DNA of 38,953 bases, taken from positions 1-38,953 of the forward strand of contig WELA01002483.1 in NCBI GenBank assembly GCA_009602735.1, written 5' to 3'. The DNA is from Mesotaenium endlicherianum. Taxonomy: Eukaryota. The position numbers and the translations under genes were made by a program. Below are positions 34,661 to 38,953 of this stretch, piece after piece (the first letter of the stretch is position 1; each line of letters starts with the position of its first letter). The notes under the pieces were generated by a model. That model did no database searches, was not told the origin of the DNA, and saw only the letters and a list, made by a program, of their open reading frames with translations.

Positions 34661-35072
34661 CATACTGTCTCGTATATACGAAGATAGTTGACATATACAT
34701 TTCATATCGTCCCCTTAACTTACAGCGATTTCTATATCCGTGACCCCTATAGTAGGAAAACGAAGGAGTTTCTTTGACAAGCTACGTATGCTAATCGGGC
34801 TTGGTTCGAAGTGGTGGGAAGCATAACTGTTAATGGGCTCTCACTGCCTGACTGTCAGTTTCAGGTGCATGGGATTGGCAAGTAATGGATGCGCGTCATA
34901 TTTGTGACTGAAATTCAGTCACCCAGAACAATCTTTTACTATGTGGAGTCTAAGTGGATATTGGTTATTAATCTGAATGCATATTGCATGAGCCTATGGG
35001 GAGCGCTTCCATGTCGGGGCTAACATGCAGTTGATTCCAAGGGCGTGGCCCAGAATTGCGCTCCAAATCACC

Positions 35073-38000
35073 ATGCATTCCAAGGATGCAGCATCCGCTA
35101 CAAGCGGTGTTGTTGCTGGGCCCCTGCAGCGCGACAACTGCAGGATCGACTGCAGTGGACAGGGGTTGGTGGCGATAGCCAGTGCTGCATGTATCAGTAT
35201 CGTTGACACAGCGTCCATGCAGCTTGTGCACACTTTGCACCATGCGCAAGGCCTTCAGGCGCCGGTGACGGCGATCTGCTTCCAGCCGGAAGGGCTAAGC
35301 CGTGACCTGGCCCACACATCGCACTTGCAGCTGGCTGCTGGAGATGCTCTTGGAAGAATAGCGATTTGGGATGTGGTTGGGGAAGCGATCATAAAGCGGC
35401 TGCCGGGGCAGGAGGACGCGGGGCCTGTGCGGGACTTGCACTGGGTCCACGGCCATCCTTGGCTGCTGGCCACGCTGCAAGGCACGTCCATGGCGCTCAT
35501 ATGGGAGCCTGCCAAAGGAGCATGCATCTGGCGCTACGAGTCCAGCGCCGAGCCCATTGTGTGCATCGCCTCCAGTCCCCACGACAGCCGCCACCTGTGC
35601 CTTCAAGGAGCAGCCGGGCTTTTGGTGTCTGTTCATATCGATGGCCACTCCGATTTAAGCGTCAAGTGTGTCGAGAGTCAGATTCAACTGTCTGACGAGA
35701 GGACGCAGGGGCAGGTCCAGGCGCAGGGGCAAGTGGTGGGGTCCATGTTCTCGCGGGTGGCGCAGGACGTGCTGCATGTGCTGCTGCCCCGCGAGGTGGT
35801 GTCGTACGATATGCACTTCCAGCAGGTGCTGGCGGTCAGCCCGCTGCCACGCAGCTATGCGCGCATGGTGGACATCTTTGCGCCACTCGAGAGCCCCCTG
35901 GTCTACGCCCTCCACTCCGACGGCAAGCTCTCTGCTTGGCACCGAAAGCAGTGAGTACTGGCAGCACCACCACCACCACTCCCATCCCCGATTGTGATTC
36001 GCCTGCAGGCATTCCATAGCTCCTCTCATGCTGCTGCTGCTGGGGAGCACGCAGGCACCAGCAGGCGTACAGTGTGATCCACGTGGAGGCGCTGCTGCCC
36101 TCGGTTGCCACCTCAGCTCCCTCGCCCCAGGTGCTGGCTGTGCGCCCCTGCCCTCAGCTCAGCAGCAGCAGCAGCAGCAGCAGCGCACAGCAGCAACAGC
36201 AGCTCATCACGTTCATGGCGGTGTCGGACGATGGCAAGCTTTGGCAGTGGGAGGCGGCTATTTCCGCGCCTCCAGATGTCCATGTCCAGGTGTCCTCCTG
36301 CACCCTCTCTCCCACCTGCTGCTGCTGCTGCTGCTTGTTGTTTGGAGAAGGGGTGGTGCACGAAGCAGCAGTGACAGCAGAAAGAAGAGGGAGGGTGCGT
36401 GCAGATGGAGGTGGTGGGCATGCTGCAGGGGCTGCCATCGGCCATCACCACCCTGGCTGTGGCGGGCCCCTCTCTTCTTGCTGCCGCTTCTCAAACTCCA
36501 GGTGGGGCCCTCCTGCCTGCCTTGCTGGCTTGCCACTCTTTCACTCAGACTCTGAGGCTGGGTGCGGCCAGCGAAGAAGCTGAAGAAGCCCTGCGCGTGT
36601 GCGTGTGTGCGTGCGCGTTAGTGAAGCAGGAGGGGCGGCAGGGGCAGCAGCAGCGGCCGCGGTGCCGCTGGTGGCGCTGGCCACGCAGGGGGGCTCCGTG
36701 CACCTGCTGGATGCGTCATGCCACGCGGTTAGCGCGTCGTACGCCGTGCACAGCAGCATGGTGCGCGGCGTGCGCTGGCTGTCCAACACGCGTCTTGTGT
36801 CCTTCAGCTTCACCGAGGTCAAGGGCAAGGGAGGCGGGTTCCGCAACCACCTGGTGGTGACGTGCGTGCGAAGCGGGCAGAGCAGGCCCTTCCGGGTGGT
36901 GCAGGCGGCGGAGAGGGCTCCGCTGCGGGGCCTGCGAGCGTCGCCCTCCGGACGCTACCTGGTGCTGCTGTTCCGCGAGGCACCTGCCGAAGTGTGGGCC
37001 ATGACCCGCACGCCCCAGATGGTCCGTCCCCCCCCCCCCCCCCCTTTCCTCCNNNNNNNNNNNNNNNNNCCCCCCCCCCTTGATGACGTTGCAGGAGACA
37101 GGCATACAGGTGTATACTAGGCGTGAAGTTTGACGCGGAGATGGTGGGTGCCGCAGCTGAGGGCGCTGGCGCTGCCCTTTACAGTCATGGAGTGGGCATT
37201 GCCAGCTATCCCGCACCCCCAAGACGCCTCCTCCTCGCGCTCATCAGGAATGGCAGCGATGCCGCATGAGTCATCTGAACGCAGCTCAATAGCCGCCACG
37301 GCTGCAGCGCTCTTGTCGCCCACATCGCCCTCCCCCTCGCCCTCTTCTTCTTCGGCTGCTGCCCATCCAGGTACATCACCCACTGACTTCTCCTCTGCCT
37401 GCTTGAGCCCCGCACGGCTGCGCCCATTTGCGCAAAATGTGACACAGGCGCGCGCCTGCGGGCGCGTGTGAGATGCAGGGACCAAAGGCAGCGGGGAGGA
37501 GGCGGGGGGTGGGGAGAGCTTTGCGTTCGCGCTGGCCAACGGGTCTCTGGGCGTGTTCCAGCTCCACGGCCGCCGCGTGCGCGATTTCAGGTGCCTGCCG
37601 GCCCCCCCTCATGTTGCCCGCCCTGAAGCGTGGAAGAGCTCTGCATGCAGCATGCTGTGTTGTTGACCGTGGGTGTGGGGGGGGGGGCGCTGCGCCAGGC
37701 CCAAGTGGCCAGCGGCGTCGTTCGTGGCGCCGGACGTGCTGGTGACGGCCATGGCGTACCGCACGCCGCTGGTGGTGATGGGCGACCGCGTGGGCGCCCT
37801 GCGCTGGTGGGACGTTGCCACGGGCCTCGCGGCGGCCCACGCTCCGCTACACAAGGGCGGCCCCATCCGCCGCATCAAGCTGCCACCCGTCACCACCCAC
37901 ACACACGGCGCGGGGCTCGCCGCTCTTCTCTTCCACAACCGCTCCATGGCCATCTTTAACCTCGTGCGTCTCTCTCCCTCTCCCTCTCTTTCTCAGCCAC

Positions 38001-38932
38001 GGCTAGTTGCAGGCAGTCCTGCTGGCAGCGCTTACTTTGAGAAGGAACCCTTCCACCCACCCTGGCAGCAGCAAGGCAGTGACGAGGGAGGGGGAGGGGG
38101 AGGGGGAGGGTGCAGGACACGGGCGAAGTGGTGCAGGATGCGCTGGAGCCCAAGTGCGCGCAGCTGCAGGTGCTGGACCTGGACTGGCTGCCGCTCCTCC
38201 ACCCCCACCCCAACAGCCCGCCCCCCGCGCCGCTGCCGCTGCCCCACGGGCGCGCCCCGCCTCCTGCTGCGGCGCCCCCCCCCCTGCTGCTGTGCGCTGC
38301 TGCTGCAGACGGCTCCTTCTGGTTGCTCCATGTCCACAACACCACGTACGTAGTGCAGGCACGCGCCCTTGCTGTCATCCTCAGCTTCACCTCCCGCTCC
38401 TCCTGCTCCTGCTTACTGGCTGGCTCGTCCTCACGTCCTTTGGTCTTCTGCCTTGTGGTTGCTCAGAGCAGCGGCCACTGCTGGAGCTGGAGGAGGAGGA
38501 GGAGGAGGAGGAGGAGGAGGAGGAGCACACGTGGCAGCAGGGCAGCGCTTTAGACCAGCGCCGATGACATCCCCTGCTCTTCTGCCGCCCGCGCATGCCT
38601 TGGTGATTTACCGCCCGCTTGCTGTCTGTCAATCGGTCTCGCGCGATTGGAGTTTGAATGAGTGACTCAGAAAGAGAGAAAAGGAGAGAGCAGAGGGACA
38701 TAAGAGTGCGAGTATCTGTAATGGGTAAGCGTGGGTTGGGGGGGGGAGCAGGCATTGCGGCTGCTGCTGCAGCAGGGGGTGACGCCGTCGTGGCTGCTGG
38801 GCCCTGCCTTTCCGGCTGCTGGCCCCGCGGGGGACTTGCGCATTCATCTGCTGCCACCCGTGGGGCCGCAGCTGGGAGATAGCGGCGTGGTGGAGGTTCT
38901 TCTCAAAGCCCTGGAGCCCCACCGCTCCTTGG
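35073..38932 (+). CDS. WDR11: WD repeat-containing protein 11 homolog, 5' part, at least 10 exons, continues off the right edge
   Basis: Predicted GT-AG, phase-consistent exons: 35073(or 35025)-35950, 36055-36289, 36405-36501, 36630-37021, 37157-37370, 37479-37590, 37699-37963, 38116-38345, 38467-38602, 38752-38932. Motifs recalled from plant WDR11: DSRHLCL, SDDGKLW, VPLVALATQGG, VRGVRWLSNTRLVSFS, SGRYLVLLFREAPAEVWAMT, LALPFTVMEW, ESFAFAL.NG, RDFRPKWP, VMGDR..RWWDV, RFRP.P..SP.LLP..HAL. Confidence 0.9.
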
Positions 38933-38953
38933 GTGAGCGCCCCTGCGCCCCCC

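Noticed and set aside
35255..38922. Many overlapping ORFs on both strands over the WDR11 gene
   Set aside because: Expected in GC-rich, stop-poor sequence. A single spliced + strand frame explains all recognisable motifs.

Overview
This is eukaryotic DNA, most likely from a green plant or streptophyte alga (inferred from a plant-type WDR11 gene and tRNA-iMet-type primer binding sites). Bases 1-~33.3 kb are a nested cluster of Ty3/gypsy chromovirus LTR retrotransposons from three families. Family A (~500-bp LTRs, TGTAGTGA..TCACTACA) has three copies: A1 on the + strand, and A2 and A3 on the - strand as a three-LTR tandem. Its gag and pol overlap at an A-AAA-AAC -1 frameshift site. Family B (~720-745-bp LTRs, TGTAATGAATC..GATTCATTTCA) has two copies, both inserted in gag of an A copy. 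B1 has an in-frame gag-to-RT deletion fusion. B2 has a 5-bp TSD (CACTC) and a large extra ORF after pol, preceded by a branch point and splice acceptor. Family C is an older B-related element (one ~1.25-kb LTR, one partial LTR). From ~35.07 kb to the window end lies the 5' part of a GC-rich, at least 10-exon WDR11 gene. Most of its short introns have C-rich 5' ends and G-rich 3' ends that look mutually complementary and lack a polypyrimidine tract. There are two N gaps and two single-N joins, so some junctions may be assembly artefacts. All alignments were done by eye.
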